Of a DNA stretch of 64,000 nucleotides, positions 8,420-17,528 are shown in pieces. This DNA is from Bacteroidales bacterium. Its GTDB lineage: Bacteria > Bacteroidota > Bacteroidia > Bacteroidales > UBA3663. Under the pieces are notes generated by a model. The model made no database searches. It worked only from the letters and a program-made list of their open reading frames with translations, and was not told the origin of the DNA. Each line of letters opens with the position of its first letter. Position 1 is the first letter of the stretch. The stretch is from positions 7,140 to 71,139 of the forward strand of contig JAZQQH010000029.1 of assembly GCA_045628985.1 (NCBI GenBank), written 5' to 3'. A program made the translations under genes and the position numbers.

Positions 8420-8437
8420 TATCCCTTAAATATAATT

Positions 8438-9262
8438 ATGAGCAAGAAAATAGCTATCATCAACGACATTTCAGGATATGGACGATGCTCGATCAGCGTT
8501 ATCCAACCTATTGTCAGCCACTTAGGAGTGCAGGGATGCCCGTTGCCGACGGCTATCTTCTCCAATCATACCGGTTTCCCTTCGTTCTTCCGAAAGGATT
8601 TCACCAGTTATATGCAGGCGTATATCGATGAGTGGAAGAAACTCGACCTGCACTTTGACGGTATCATGACGGGTTTCTTAGGTTCGGCTAAGCAGATCGG
8701 TATCGTTGAGCAGTTCATCAAGGACTTCCGTCGTCCGGAAACACTCGTACTTGTCGATCCTGTCATGGGAGACAATGGTCATATCTATCCAACCTACACA
8801 CGTACGATGTGTCGTGAGATGAAGAAGTTGTTGGCTTATGCTGACATCATCACTCCGAACATCACTGAGGCCTGTTTCCTGACGGATACACCTTATCGAG
8901 AGTCTGGTTGGAAACACAGCGAACTGGCTACCATGGCCAAGCAGCTACAGCAGATGGGAGCTCGTAAGCTCGTCATCACGGGTATCAGGATGGGAGAGAG
9001 CTTCATCGGCAATGCAGTGTGCGACGAGTGCGGAGAGATGGAGTTCCAGCGTCAGATGATGGTCGAACAGACACGATCGGGTACAGGCGATGTCTTTGCC
9101 TCGGTACTTGGTGCAGATGCTGTCAATGGAAAAGAGTTTGCACAGTCGGTCAAGAGAGCTTCTAACTTCGTACGTCATTGCCTCATCGAGACAGCGAAAG
9201 TGCCTGGACCTCTCAATACAGGTATCGACTTCGAGAGCCAGCTATGGCAATTGAACAGATAA
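8438..9262 (+). CDS. pdxK: Pyridoxal/pyridoxamine kinase (PdxK/PdxY family)
   Basis: 274 aa. The N-terminus IAIINDISGYGRCSISVIQPI and the ribokinase-like C-terminus GTGDVFAS are typical of this family. Confidence 0.85.
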   Translation: MSKKIAIINDISGYGRCSISVIQPIVSHLGVQGCPLPTAIFSNHTGFPSFFRKDFTSYMQAYIDEWKKLDLHFDGIMTGFLGSAKQIGIVEQFIKDFRRPETLVLVDPVMGDNGHIYPTYTRTMCREMKKLLAYADIITPNITEACFLTDTPYRESGWKHSELATMAKQLQQMGARKLVITGIRMGESFIGNAVCDECGEMEFQRQMMVEQTRSGTGDVFASVLGADAVNGKEFAQSVKRASNFVRHCLIETAKVPGPLNTGIDFESQLWQLNR

Positions 9263-9364
9263 TGTCGAAACGGACGTTTTGACTTGTCATTCTGAGTATA
9301 ACGAAGAAACTCACGAGTGAATCACATTACACATATATAATAAATCTTATAAAACAACACAACT

Positions 9365-9907
9365 ATGGCAACAAAGTATTCTGGCACACAGACAGAGAAG
9401 AATCTTGAGGCTGCTTTTGCTGGTGAGTCTCAGGCACGTAACAAGTATACCTATTTCGCATCACGCGCTAAGAAGGATGGCTTTGAGCAGATTGCAGCTA
9501 TCTTCCAGCACACCGCTGACAATGAGAAGGAGCACGCTAAGATGTGGTACAAGGAGTTGCACGACGGTGTAGGTACTACCGCAGAGAACCTCGCAGCTGC
9601 TGCTGATGGTGAGAACTACGAGTGGACCGACATGTACGAAGGCTTTGCTAAGACCGCTGAGGAAGAAGGCTTCGCTGAGCTTGCTGCAAAGTTCCGTCTT
9701 GTCGCTGCTATCGAGAAGCGTCATGAGGAGCGTTATCGCGCTCTCCTGAAGAACATCGAGACAGCTCAGGTATTCGCTAAGAGCGAGGTTAAGGTTTGGG
9801 AGTGCCGCAACTGTGGTCACATCGTAGTAGGTACCAACGCTCCTGAGGTTTGTCCTACTTGCAACCATCCTCAGTCTTACTTCGAGGTAATGGCAGAGAA
9901 TTATTAA
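9365..9907 (+). CDS. rbr: Rubrerythrin
   Basis: Ferritin-like diiron domain ([26 protein letters not shown]) plus a C-terminal rubredoxin-type CRNCG...CPTC. Confidence 0.93.
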   Translation: MATKYSGTQTEKNLEAAFAGESQARNKYTYFASRAKKDGFEQIAAIFQHTADNEKEHAKMWYKELHDGVGTTAENLAAAADGENYEWTDMYEGFAKTAEEEGFAELAAKFRLVAAIEKRHEERYRALLKNIETAQVFAKSEVKVWECRNCGHIVVGTNAPEVCPTCNHPQSYFEVMAENY

Positions 9908-9912
9908 GCCTC

Positions 9913-9952
9913 CAACCCCTTACCCTTCCCCCTGAAGAGGGGAAGGGAGTGG
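9913..9952 (+). repeat. G/C-tract palindromic mini-element, copy E1
   Basis: CCAACCCCTTACCCTTCCCCCTGAAGAGGGGAAGGGAGTGG, with a 9-bp stem CCCTTCCCC/GGGGAAGGG. It begins 5 nt after the rbr stop. Confidence 0.8.
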
Positions 9953-9977
9953 TTACCAAAATACGAGAAAAAAAGAA

Positions 9978-10018
9978 AGAGCTTTCTCCCAATGATAGGA
10001 GAAGGCTCTTTTTGCTAT
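9978..10018. terminator. Terminator hairpin between convergent rbr and the acyl-CoA synthetase gene
   Basis: GAGCTTTCTCC...GGAGAAGGCTC (one mismatch) is followed by TTTTTG. Confidence 0.55.
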
Positions 10019-10028
10019 GTTACTAATT

Positions 10029-10070
10029 ACTCCCTTCCCCGCTTTAGGGGGAAGGGTAAGGGGATGGGGG
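10029..10070 (-). repeat. G/C-tract palindromic mini-element, copy E2 (inverted relative to E1)
   Basis: Its reverse complement, CCCCCATCCCCTTACCCTTCCCCCTAAAGCGGGGAAGGGAGT, matches E1 at about 40 of 46 positions. It abuts the stop codon at 10073. Confidence 0.8.
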
Positions 10071-10072
10071 CT

Positions 10073-11731
10073 TTATTTCGCATCGTTCTCTCGAATCTCC
10101 ACGCGACGGATCTTGCCGCTGATGGTCTTAGGGAGCTCGTCGACGAACTCGATGATACGAGGATACTTATATGGCGCTGTCTCGCGCTTGACGTGATCCT
10201 GAAGCTCCTTGACGAGAGCCTCGCCAGCCTTGTCCTTATATTCAGCAGAGAGGACGATGGTGGCCTTGACAACCATGCCACGGATATCGTCTGGTACGCC
10301 AGTGATTGCACACTCTACGACAGCGTTGTGGGTCATGAGCGCTGACTCTACCTCGAAAGGACCGATGCGGTAGCCTGATGACTTGATGACGTCATCGGCG
10401 CGTGAGACGAACCAGTAGTAGCCTTCTTCGTCATAATAGACCACATCGCCAGTGTAGTAGATACCCTGGCTGTGAGCCTTCTCGGTGAGCGAAGGATTGC
10501 GATAATACTCCTTGAAGAGACCGTAAGGCTTGCCGTCTTCGGTGTGGATGACGAGCTGGCCATGCTCGCCTGGCTTGCAGCGCTCGCCGTCGCTGTTGAG
10601 CACATCGACCTTATACTGAGGATTTGGTACACCCATTGATCCTGGATGTGGCTCGACGTATGGATAGGTGCCGAGGACGAGTGTGGTCTCGGTCTGACCG
10701 TATGACTCATAGATCATGATGCCAGTCTTCTCCTTCCACTCCAGGAAGACGTTCGGATTGAGCGCTTCGCCTGCGGTGGTGCAGTATTCGAGCGCTGAGA
10801 GATCGTACTGCGAGAGGTCTTCGCGGATCATGAAGCGATAGACGGTAGGGGGTGCACAGAACGAGGTGACCTTGAAGTCCTGGATGACCTTGAGCATCTT
10901 GTCTGGCTCGAAACGGCCTTCGAAGTCGTAGATGAAGACGGTAGCTCCGGAGATCATCTGACCATAGAACTTGCCCCATACGGCCTTACCCCAGCCTGTG
11001 TCGGCTACGGTGAGATGCAGAGAGCCGTCATGCACGTTGTGCCAGTACTTGCCGGTGACGATGTGTGCCAGAGGGTATGCAAAGTCGTGCATGACCATCT
11101 TCGGTTCGCCGCTGGTACCGCTGGTGAAGTACATCAGGAAGTTGTCTGTGACGTTGTTCTGTCCCTTCTGGCTGACGAACTTAGGTGCAGAGTAGATACC
11201 CTCCCAGTAGTTGTCCCAGCCTTGTGGCACAGCAGGACCGATACTGATGCAGTGCTTGAGCGATGGAGAGTATGCGCGTGCACGGATGACGTTGCGTAAT
11301 ATATTGGTGTCGCCAACAGCTACGATGGCCTTGATGTCGGCCTCGTGGCAGCGATAGATGATATCCTTATCGGTGAGGAGGTGAGTGGCAGGGATGGCTA
11401 CGGCTCCGATCTTGTGGAGAGCCACCATGGTGATCCACCAGGCCATGCGACGCTTGAGGATAAGCATGACACGGTCGCCACGCTCGATGCCCAAGGTGAG
11501 CAGGTAGCTGGCGCAACGGTCAGAAAGTTCTTTGAACTCGCGATAGTTGAGATGCTTCACGTCTCCACGGTCGTTGGTCCAGAGGATGGCCTCTTTCTCA
11601 GGATCTTCTTCGGCGTATGCATCGATGACGTCATACGCGAAGTTGAAATGCTCAGGAACCTGAAGGTGGAAGTTGTTCATGAAGTCCTCATAGTCGGAGA
11701 ACTGTGTCTTTGTAAGGAAGCGCTCAAGCAT
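10073..11731 (-). CDS. AMP-forming acyl-CoA synthetase (ANL superfamily, medium-chain/acetyl-CoA synthetase-like)
   Basis: AMP-binding motif YFTSGTSGEPKMV, YGQTET, and C-terminal PKTISGKIRR. The start is at MLERFL because the TAaaTTTG box (11761-11768, minus strand) lies inside the longer ORF. Confidence 0.9.
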   Translation of the reverse strand: MLERFLTKTQFSDYEDFMNNFHLQVPEHFNFAYDVIDAYAEEDPEKEAILWTNDRGDVKHLNYREFKELSDRCASYLLTLGIERGDRVMLILKRRMAWWITMVALHKIGAVAIPATHLLTDKDIIYRCHEADIKAIVAVGDTNILRNVIRARAYSPSLKHCISIGPAVPQGWDNYWEGIYSAPKFVSQKGQNNVTDNFLMYFTSGTSGEPKMVMHDFAYPLAHIVTGKYWHNVHDGSLHLTVADTGWGKAVWGKFYGQMISGATVFIYDFEGRFEPDKMLKVIQDFKVTSFCAPPTVYRFMIREDLSQYDLSALEYCTTAGEALNPNVFLEWKEKTGIMIYESYGQTETTLVLGTYPYVEPHPGSMGVPNPQYKVDVLNSDGERCKPGEHGQLVIHTEDGKPYGLFKEYYRNPSLTEKAHSQGIYYTGDVVYYDEEGYYWFVSRADDVIKSSGYRIGPFEVESALMTHNAVVECAITGVPDDIRGMVVKATIVLSAEYKDKAGEALVKELQDHVKRETAPYKYPRIIEFVDELPKTISGKIRRVEIRENDAK

Positions 11732-11760
11732 AGTTGTAGTTGTATTGTTGTTTGTTGCTG

Positions 11761-11768
11761 CAAATTTA
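11761..11768 (-). promoter_or_regulatory. -7 promoter box (TAaaTTTG) for the acyl-CoA synthetase
   Basis: The reverse complement of CAAATTTA lies about 30 nt upstream of the ATG at 11731. Confidence 0.55.
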
Positions 11769-11894
11769 CACATTTTTTAATATATAAAGCAACAGGTCAT
11801 GCTTGGTTTGCGCAGGTTTTATCTTTTTTTCTTATAAAATGGGTATGAAGGTTCTGGAAGAAGGTTGAGATTTTAACAAAAAATAAGAATTATA

Positions 11895-12008
11895 CAATTG
11901 ATAATTGAAAATTGATAATTGAAAATTTCCCTCAGGCCCTATGATTTATCTTGCTTTCGCGTAACTGAAATTATCAATTATCAATTATCAATTATCAATT
12001 ATCAATTC
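11895..12008. repeat. Inverted AT-rich heptamer arrays (TTGATAA-type versus 5-6 copies of TTATCAA), probable terminator structure
   Basis: CAATTGATAATTGAAAATTGATAATTGAAAATT faces AAATTATCAATTATCAATTATCAATTATCAATTATCAATT. The right arm overlaps the stop codon of the hemolysin-III gene. Confidence 0.75.
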
Positions 12009-12661
12009 CAAAGCCCATCTTCCCAAGGCCATGCCATCACGAAGACAGCGAACCAATGGAAGAGGGTGCCGAGGATGACGAAGATGTGCCAGATGCCATG
12101 ATAGAAGCGATGCTCATTGTCGTGCACAAAGAAATAGACGCCGCTGGTGTAGGTGATACCTTCGGCCAGAATGAAGATGAGAGAGAGGGAAGTGATGCAC
12201 TCACGGACAGGCTGGATCATGAAGAGGATGGCCCATCCTAATAATATATATAATATGAGTGAGAGGCGTGGATAGCGCATCCACCAGAAGATCTTGTAGA
12301 AGACGCCAAGGATGGCCAGGAGCCAGATGATGCCGAAGCTGGTCCAACCTTGCACGAGGAGGTCATCTTCGACCAGCTGCATGCAGACGGGTGTATAGCT
12401 CGATGCAATGAGGACATAGATGGAGATATGATCGAGCTTGCGCAGGATCTGCTTGCCTCGTGTGCCAGGCTTCCACCAGTGGTAGAGGGTAGAGGCTAAA
12501 TAAGTAAGAAGCATGCCCACGGTGAAAAAAGTCACACCGAGGGCATTCTCCCAGTTTTTAGTGTATCCGAACCAGATCAGAACCCACGAGATGCATGGGA
12601 CTAAGCAAAGTCCCACGAAATGGGTGAGGGTGTTGAAAAGTTCTTCTTTGGTTCGGGACAT
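12002..12661 (-). CDS. Hemolysin III / PAQR family membrane protein
   Basis: Seven-TM protein with family motifs EELFNTLTHFVG and HxxWHxFV (YHGIWHIFVILG). The start is at MSRTKEEL, 4 nt after the thrC stop. Confidence 0.85.
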   Translation of the reverse strand: MSRTKEELFNTLTHFVGLCLVPCISWVLIWFGYTKNWENALGVTFFTVGMLLTYLASTLYHWWKPGTRGKQILRKLDHISIYVLIASSYTPVCMQLVEDDLLVQGWTSFGIIWLLAILGVFYKIFWWMRYPRLSLILYILLGWAILFMIQPVRECITSLSLIFILAEGITYTSGVYFFVHDNEHRFYHGIWHIFVILGTLFHWFAVFVMAWPWEDGLWN

Positions 12662-12665
12662 GTAT

Positions 12666-14024
12666 TTACAGATTGTTAAGCAGGAACTTCTTGAAGTCCG
12701 CAAATTCTTTTGTCATTGGCTGAGTCTGCTTGGTTCCGTTCATGAACTTCTGCAGGGTCTCAGGAATAGCAACTGGCTGGTTGATGATAGGCTCGACGGT
12801 ATCCTTGAACTTAGCAGGATGTGCGGTCTCAAGGAAGAAACCTACCTCGCCTGGCTGGAGTCCGTCGGTGAGCGCCTGATAGCCACAAGCGCCGTGAGGA
12901 TCGCAGACATAGCCATCGGCTGCGAGACAGTCGACCATGGCCTTCTTGATCTGCTCGTCGCTGTAGGTAGCGCCGCTGATCTCTGCACAGATGGCTGCAT
13001 GAGCCTCTTCTGGAGTGATCTTCTGAGCCTTCTGCTGGCCGCCACCGTAAAGATTGACGATACGAGCGAAGTTAGAAGGATCGCCTACGTCCATAGCGTT
13101 GGCAATGGTAGCCTGGGTAGCACGTGGATTGTAGTGGCCGGAGCCGAGATACTGGAAGAAGATGTCGTTTGCGTTGTTCGAAGCGATGAAGCGCTTGATA
13201 GGAAGACCCATCTTCGCACCGAAGATACCTGCACAGATATTGCCGAAGTTGCCAGAAGGAACGCAAGCGACGACGTTGTCGAGTGAGGAGTTGTTTGCCA
13301 GCTGCTTCTTTAATTGCGCGTAAGCGTAGAAGTAGTAGAAGGCCTGAGGGAGGAAACGAGCCACGTTGATAGAGTTGGCCGAGGTCAGGAAGAACTTATC
13401 GTTGAGCTCCTGATCCATGAAAGCCTCCTTGACAAGGCGCTGGCAGTCATCGAACACACCATCGACCTCCAGAGCGGTGATGTTCTGGCCGAGGGTAGTG
13501 AACTGCTTCTCCTGGATCTCGCTGACCTTACCCTGCGGATAGAGGACAGTGACGTCGATGCCAGGAACGCCGAGGAAGCCGTTGGCAACAGCCGAACCGG
13601 TATCGCCAGAGGTAGCTACGAGGACGTGTACGTTGCCTTTCTTCGAAGGATTCTGCTTCACGAAGTAGCTGAGCAAGCGAGCCATGAAGCGTGCACCGAC
13701 GTCCTTGAAGGCGCATGTAGGTCCGTGATAGAGCTCGAGGCTGTAGATACTCTCGTTGACCTTGACGAGTGGAATGTCGAACTGAAGGGTGTCGTAGACG
13801 ATGTGCTTGAGATCATCGGCAGGGATGTCTTCGCCGAAGAAGTTCTTAGCAACCTCGAAAGCGATCTCCTGCAGGCTCATGTCCTGGATGTTGTCAAAGA
13901 ACTCCTTTGGCAATGGGTTGATACGCTCAGGCATGTAGAGGCCCTTGTCTGGAGCCAGGCCTTTGATGACAGCTTCTGAGAGGGTTACCTCAGGAGCTAC
14001 ACGGTTCGTTGAATAGTATTTCAT
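12666..14024 (-). CDS. thrC: Threonine synthase
   Basis: 452 aa with N-terminus MKYYSTNR...GLAPDKGLYMPE and the PLP-lysine region PTCAFKDVGARF. Confidence 0.92.
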   Translation of the reverse strand: MKYYSTNRVAPEVTLSEAVIKGLAPDKGLYMPERINPLPKEFFDNIQDMSLQEIAFEVAKNFFGEDIPADDLKHIVYDTLQFDIPLVKVNESIYSLELYHGPTCAFKDVGARFMARLLSYFVKQNPSKKGNVHVLVATSGDTGSAVANGFLGVPGIDVTVLYPQGKVSEIQEKQFTTLGQNITALEVDGVFDDCQRLVKEAFMDQELNDKFFLTSANSINVARFLPQAFYYFYAYAQLKKQLANNSSLDNVVACVPSGNFGNICAGIFGAKMGLPIKRFIASNNANDIFFQYLGSGHYNPRATQATIANAMDVGDPSNFARIVNLYGGGQQKAQKITPEEAHAAICAEISGATYSDEQIKKAMVDCLAADGYVCDPHGACGYQALTDGLQPGEVGFFLETAHPAKFKDTVEPIINQPVAIPETLQKFMNGTKQTQPMTKEFADFKKFLLNNL

Positions 14025-15253
14025 GCGCCTAAAAATAGTTTAATGAATTGATCTTCTTTGAGGAGGCCGAGAGACCCCTGCTTAGCACTGTCTTCGTCGT
14101 ACTTCTCGACGGCATCTGGGACGATATTCAGGTCATCGGATGGCTTCGACTGCCAGATGAGGAATGGCACTGGCGTCATGGTGTGAGTGCGATACTTGAT
14201 AGGAGTAGGATGATCTGGCAGGAGTGCGATACGGACTGGCTCGTCCCAGGTAGAAATCTCGTCGAGGATGGTCTTGAGGACGCGGTCGTTGATATACTCC
14301 ACACACTTGGTCTTGAGCTCAGGCTCACCATCGTGACCGGCTTCATCTGTTGCCTCCATGTGCAGGAAGACGAAATCCTTCTGCTTGAGCTGCTCGATGG
14401 CTGCTGCGGTCTTGCCTTCGTAGTTGGTGTCCCAGAGTCCGGTAGCGCCTTCAACCTCTACTTTGTCGAGACCTGCAAAGACTCCGATACCGAAGATCAG
14501 GTCGACAGCCGAGATGACTGCACCTGTCTTGATGCGGGTAGGGAAGAGCTCCTGCATGGTCTGCATGGCAGGACGGTAGCCGAGGCTCCATGGCCAGATA
14601 CTGTTGGCAGGATCCTTGCCTTCTGCGATACGCTTGAGGTTGACAGGATGATCCTTGAGAACCTCCTGGCTGCGGAGGATGAGGTCACGGAGAAGAGCTG
14701 CGGTCTCTTCTGCTTCCGGTACTTCTGCTGTCGGCATTTCTGGACGCCAAGGCTGGCCGATACGGTCATGAGGAGGAGTGCAGCGTACGAACTTGTTGCC
14801 GCCTTTGATCTTGAGCAGATGGCGGTAGCTGACGCCGGTGAACCATTTGATTGCCTCCGTGCCGAGTTCTGCATTGAGCGCCTTGATCAGCTCATCAGCC
14901 TCTTCGGTAGAGATGTTGCCTGCTGAGTGGTTCTTGATATTATCACCATCGAGACAGATGATGTTGCAGCGCATGGCTACTTCATTCTCCTCGATAGGGA
15001 TCTGCATAGAAGCAGCTTCCAGGGATCCACGACCTTCGAAGACCTTAGCCACGTCATAGCCAAGGAGGCCGAGGTGTGCAATCTCAGAGCCCGGATTGTA
15101 ACCTTCTGGTACGGTCTTCAGGAGACCATTGACGCCTTCGCGCGCCAGTTTATCAATGAGAGGCTTCTGTGCTGCTTGCAGTGGCGTACGGTTGCCAAGT
15201 ACCTCGATAGGTTCGTCTGCAGCGCCATCGGCCAGAATAATCAAATACTTCAT
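14021..15253 (-). CDS. Cofactor-independent phosphoglycerate mutase-like protein (archaeal ApgM type); predicted homoserine-kinase analogue in Bacteroidota thr operons
   Basis: MKYLIILADGAADEP metalloenzyme N-terminus and DHPTP motif. It overlaps thrC by 4 nt (ATGA). Confidence 0.85.
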   Translation of the reverse strand: MKYLIILADGAADEPIEVLGNRTPLQAAQKPLIDKLAREGVNGLLKTVPEGYNPGSEIAHLGLLGYDVAKVFEGRGSLEAASMQIPIEENEVAMRCNIICLDGDNIKNHSAGNISTEEADELIKALNAELGTEAIKWFTGVSYRHLLKIKGGNKFVRCTPPHDRIGQPWRPEMPTAEVPEAEETAALLRDLILRSQEVLKDHPVNLKRIAEGKDPANSIWPWSLGYRPAMQTMQELFPTRIKTGAVISAVDLIFGIGVFAGLDKVEVEGATGLWDTNYEGKTAAAIEQLKQKDFVFLHMEATDEAGHDGEPELKTKCVEYINDRVLKTILDEISTWDEPVRIALLPDHPTPIKYRTHTMTPVPFLIWQSKPSDDLNIVPDAVEKYDEDSAKQGSLGLLKEDQFIKLFLGA

Positions 15254-15282
15254 GACACTTTACCTTATAACTTGTTCTTGTG

Positions 15283-15290
15283 CAAAGATA
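15283..15290 (-). promoter_or_regulatory. -7 promoter box (TAtcTTTG) for the apgM-like/thrC/hlyIII operon
   Basis: The reverse complement of CAAAGATA lies about 30 nt upstream of the ATG at 15253. Confidence 0.55.
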
Positions 15291-15426
15291 ATTGATAATG
15301 AGCCATGATGCAAAAAAATGGGAATGTTTCAGCTTTGATATGGTCCAGATTATTCAAAAATAAGCTTTTTTGTCATTTGGTAGTTGCTTTTATTGATACT
15401 TTTTTGGCGAGTTAGAAAAAAAAGCC

Positions 15427-15434
15427 TATCTTTG
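15427..15434 (+). promoter_or_regulatory. -7 promoter box TAtcTTTG for the LtaS-like gene
   Basis: CCTATCTTTGCGAG lies about 30 nt upstream of the ATG at 15463. Confidence 0.55.
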
Positions 15435-15462
15435 CGAGTCTTTTTATTTAAAGTATAAATAT

Positions 15463-17514
15463 ATGAACAGACTTCTTAAGTCATATCTTTCCTGTTTCTT
15501 CGCTTTTATCTGTAATCTGGCGATGGCGTATGTAGTATATATGCTTTGCCGTATAATCTTCATCGCTGTCAATTGGGAAACTTTCGCTGAACCTCTGGAT
15601 CGTCTTGACTGGGGACAGCTGCTTATCGGTTCGTGGTATTTCGATTCGAGTGCCATCTTCTATACGCTTTCGCTCTATCTGCTCCTGATGCTTCTTCCGA
15701 TGCATCTGAAGGAAGGTAGGCGCTATCAGCAGGTCACCAAGTATATCTATCTGGTTGTAATGGCTGTGGCTATCATTGCCAATTTATGCGATGCCGTGTA
15801 CTTCCCTTACACGGGCCGTCGTAGCACCTTCTCGGTTTTCCGAGAATTCGGAAATGATAGCAATGTGGGTGGAATCATGGCGCATGAGGCGCTGGTGCAC
15901 TGGTATCTGGTCGTGGCTGCCATTGTCCTGATCTATGGCATGTATAAGCTGTATGTGATGCCTCGACTGGGAACGGAACGTCCTAATCCGAACCGCTTGC
16001 GTCCTTCTGGCTTCTCTCTGCATGGACGTGCTGATTATATACGATATTATGTGCTTCAGCTGGTGTTGCTCCTGGTCATGGTATGGGTGACTGTCGTGGC
16101 TATGCGAGGCGGTGCATCGGAGAATTTGCGTCCGATCACGTTGAGCAATGCCAATCAGTATGTCGATCATCCCGTTGAGGCTGCCATGGTGCTCAATACT
16201 CCTTTTGCTTTGATCCGATCATCGAGCCACAAGAGCTTTGTCGATCCTCAGTTCTATGAGCGTGAGGAGTTGGACGATCTTTATTCTCCTATCGTAAGCC
16301 ATACTCCTCATGCGGAGTCAGACAGTGTGCAGTTCCGACAGAAGAACATCGTGCTCTTTATCCTTGAGAGTATGGCTCGCGAATATATCGGAGCCTTTAA
16401 CGATACGCTGGAGGGTAGTAAGTATAAAGGATATACGCCATTCCTTGACGAACTGATCAGTGAATCGCTGACGTTCGAGTATTCGTTCTGCAACGGACGT
16501 AAGTCTATCGATGCCATGCCATCGATCCTGAGCAGTATCCCAATGTTTGTGGAGCCTTATTTCGTGAGCAGTACGGCATTGAATGAGGTGAATGGCATTG
16601 CTGAGTGTCTGAATAAGAAGGGCTATCACACCTCGTTTGTACATGGTGCAGACAATGGTTCGATGGGTTTTGAGGCTTTTGCACGATCTACGAAGTTCCA
16701 GACCTATTTGGGTCGTGATGAATATGGTAGCTCTTATCCGGAGTTTGATGGAGACAAGGATTTCGATGGCGTGTGGGCCATCTGGGATCATCTCTTCATG
16801 CGCTACTGGCTCAAGGAACTTCATAAGGAGCAGACACCATTCCTGAGTACCATCTTCACGGCTACGAGTCACAATCCTTTCCAGATTCCGACAGAATTCC
16901 GTAGTCAGTTCCCTGAGGAGGAGCTGCCGATCCACAAGTGCATACGTTATGTGGATATGGCACTGCGTGAGTTCTTTGAGAATGCTAAGAAGGAACCATG
17001 GTTCGAAAATACCATCTTCGTGCTGTGCGGAGATCACACCAATCAGACCAACCATGCCAAGTATCAGACCGACCTCGGATATTTCTGCTCGCCGGTTATC
17101 TTCTATGATCCGAGCGGAGAGATGCCACGTGGCCGACGCAAGGCCATCGCTCAGCAGATTGACGTCATGCCAACCTTGTTGGAGTGGCTGCACTATGACG
17201 AGCCATACTTAGCATACGGCAAGGATCTGATGAATACACCAGACTCAGCCACCTGGGCAGTGAGCTATTTCAACGGTATCTATCAGCTGGTGAAGAATGA
17301 CTATTTGCTACAGTTCGATGGAGAGAAAACTACCGCGCTCTATCATTTCACCAATGACTGGTATCTGCACAATAATCTGCTCAACAGCGCTGTTGCAACT
17401 GCTGAGACAGATTCTATCAGTAAGGAATATGAAGGTTGGTATAAGGCTTTGATCCAGTCTTATATGCAGCGCATGATAGAGAACCGCATGACGGTCAATG
17501 CCGATAATCCATAA
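15463..17514 (+). CDS. LTA synthase family protein (membrane-anchored sulfatase/alkaline-phosphatase superfamily phosphotransferase)
   Basis: 683 aa with N-terminal polytopic TM helices. The extracytoplasmic sulfatase-fold domain has motifs ILESMAREY, SIDAMPSIL and GDHTN. Confidence 0.85.
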   Translation: MNRLLKSYLSCFFAFICNLAMAYVVYMLCRIIFIAVNWETFAEPLDRLDWGQLLIGSWYFDSSAIFYTLSLYLLLMLLPMHLKEGRRYQQVTKYIYLVVMAVAIIANLCDAVYFPYTGRRSTFSVFREFGNDSNVGGIMAHEALVHWYLVVAAIVLIYGMYKLYVMPRLGTERPNPNRLRPSGFSLHGRADYIRYYVLQLVLLLVMVWVTVVAMRGGASENLRPITLSNANQYVDHPVEAAMVLNTPFALIRSSSHKSFVDPQFYEREELDDLYSPIVSHTPHAESDSVQFRQKNIVLFILESMAREYIGAFNDTLEGSKYKGYTPFLDELISESLTFEYSFCNGRKSIDAMPSILSSIPMFVEPYFVSSTALNEVNGIAECLNKKGYHTSFVHGADNGSMGFEAFARSTKFQTYLGRDEYGSSYPEFDGDKDFDGVWAIWDHLFMRYWLKELHKEQTPFLSTIFTATSHNPFQIPTEFRSQFPEEELPIHKCIRYVDMALREFFENAKKEPWFENTIFVLCGDHTNQTNHAKYQTDLGYFCSPVIFYDPSGEMPRGRRKAIAQQIDVMPTLLEWLHYDEPYLAYGKDLMNTPDSATWAVSYFNGIYQLVKNDYLLQFDGEKTTALYHFTNDWYLHNNLLNSAVATAETDSISKEYEGWYKALIQSYMQRMIENRMTVNADNP

Positions 17515-17528
17515 AGAAGTCTAAGGAT

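Noticed and set aside
9913-10070. The E1/E2 inverted repeats as arms of an invertible (phase-variable) promoter
   Set aside because: The enclosed 76 bp contains a terminator hairpin but no TAnnTTTG box. The element also lies between two convergent gene ends, where inversion would have no obvious regulatory consequence. A MITE-like insertion fits better.
12513-14926. Long plus-strand ORFs (12513-13286, 13314-13979, 14048-14926) running opposite to thrC and the apgM-like gene
   Set aside because: They lie entirely antisense to genes with strong family signatures. Their translations are low-complexity (Leu/Asp/Glu/Val-rich) with no promoter box. They are typical shadow ORFs of codon-biased genes.
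16318-17193. 291-codon minus-strand ORF inside the LtaS-like gene. Similar antisense ORFs occur at 19790-20404, 21456-21983, 24651-25169, 28500-29201, 32649-33314, 42508-43248, 52004-52759 and 57930-58580.
   Set aside because: Each is fully nested antisense to a well-supported gene. None has a recognisable motif, upstream TAnnTTTG box or independent terminator.
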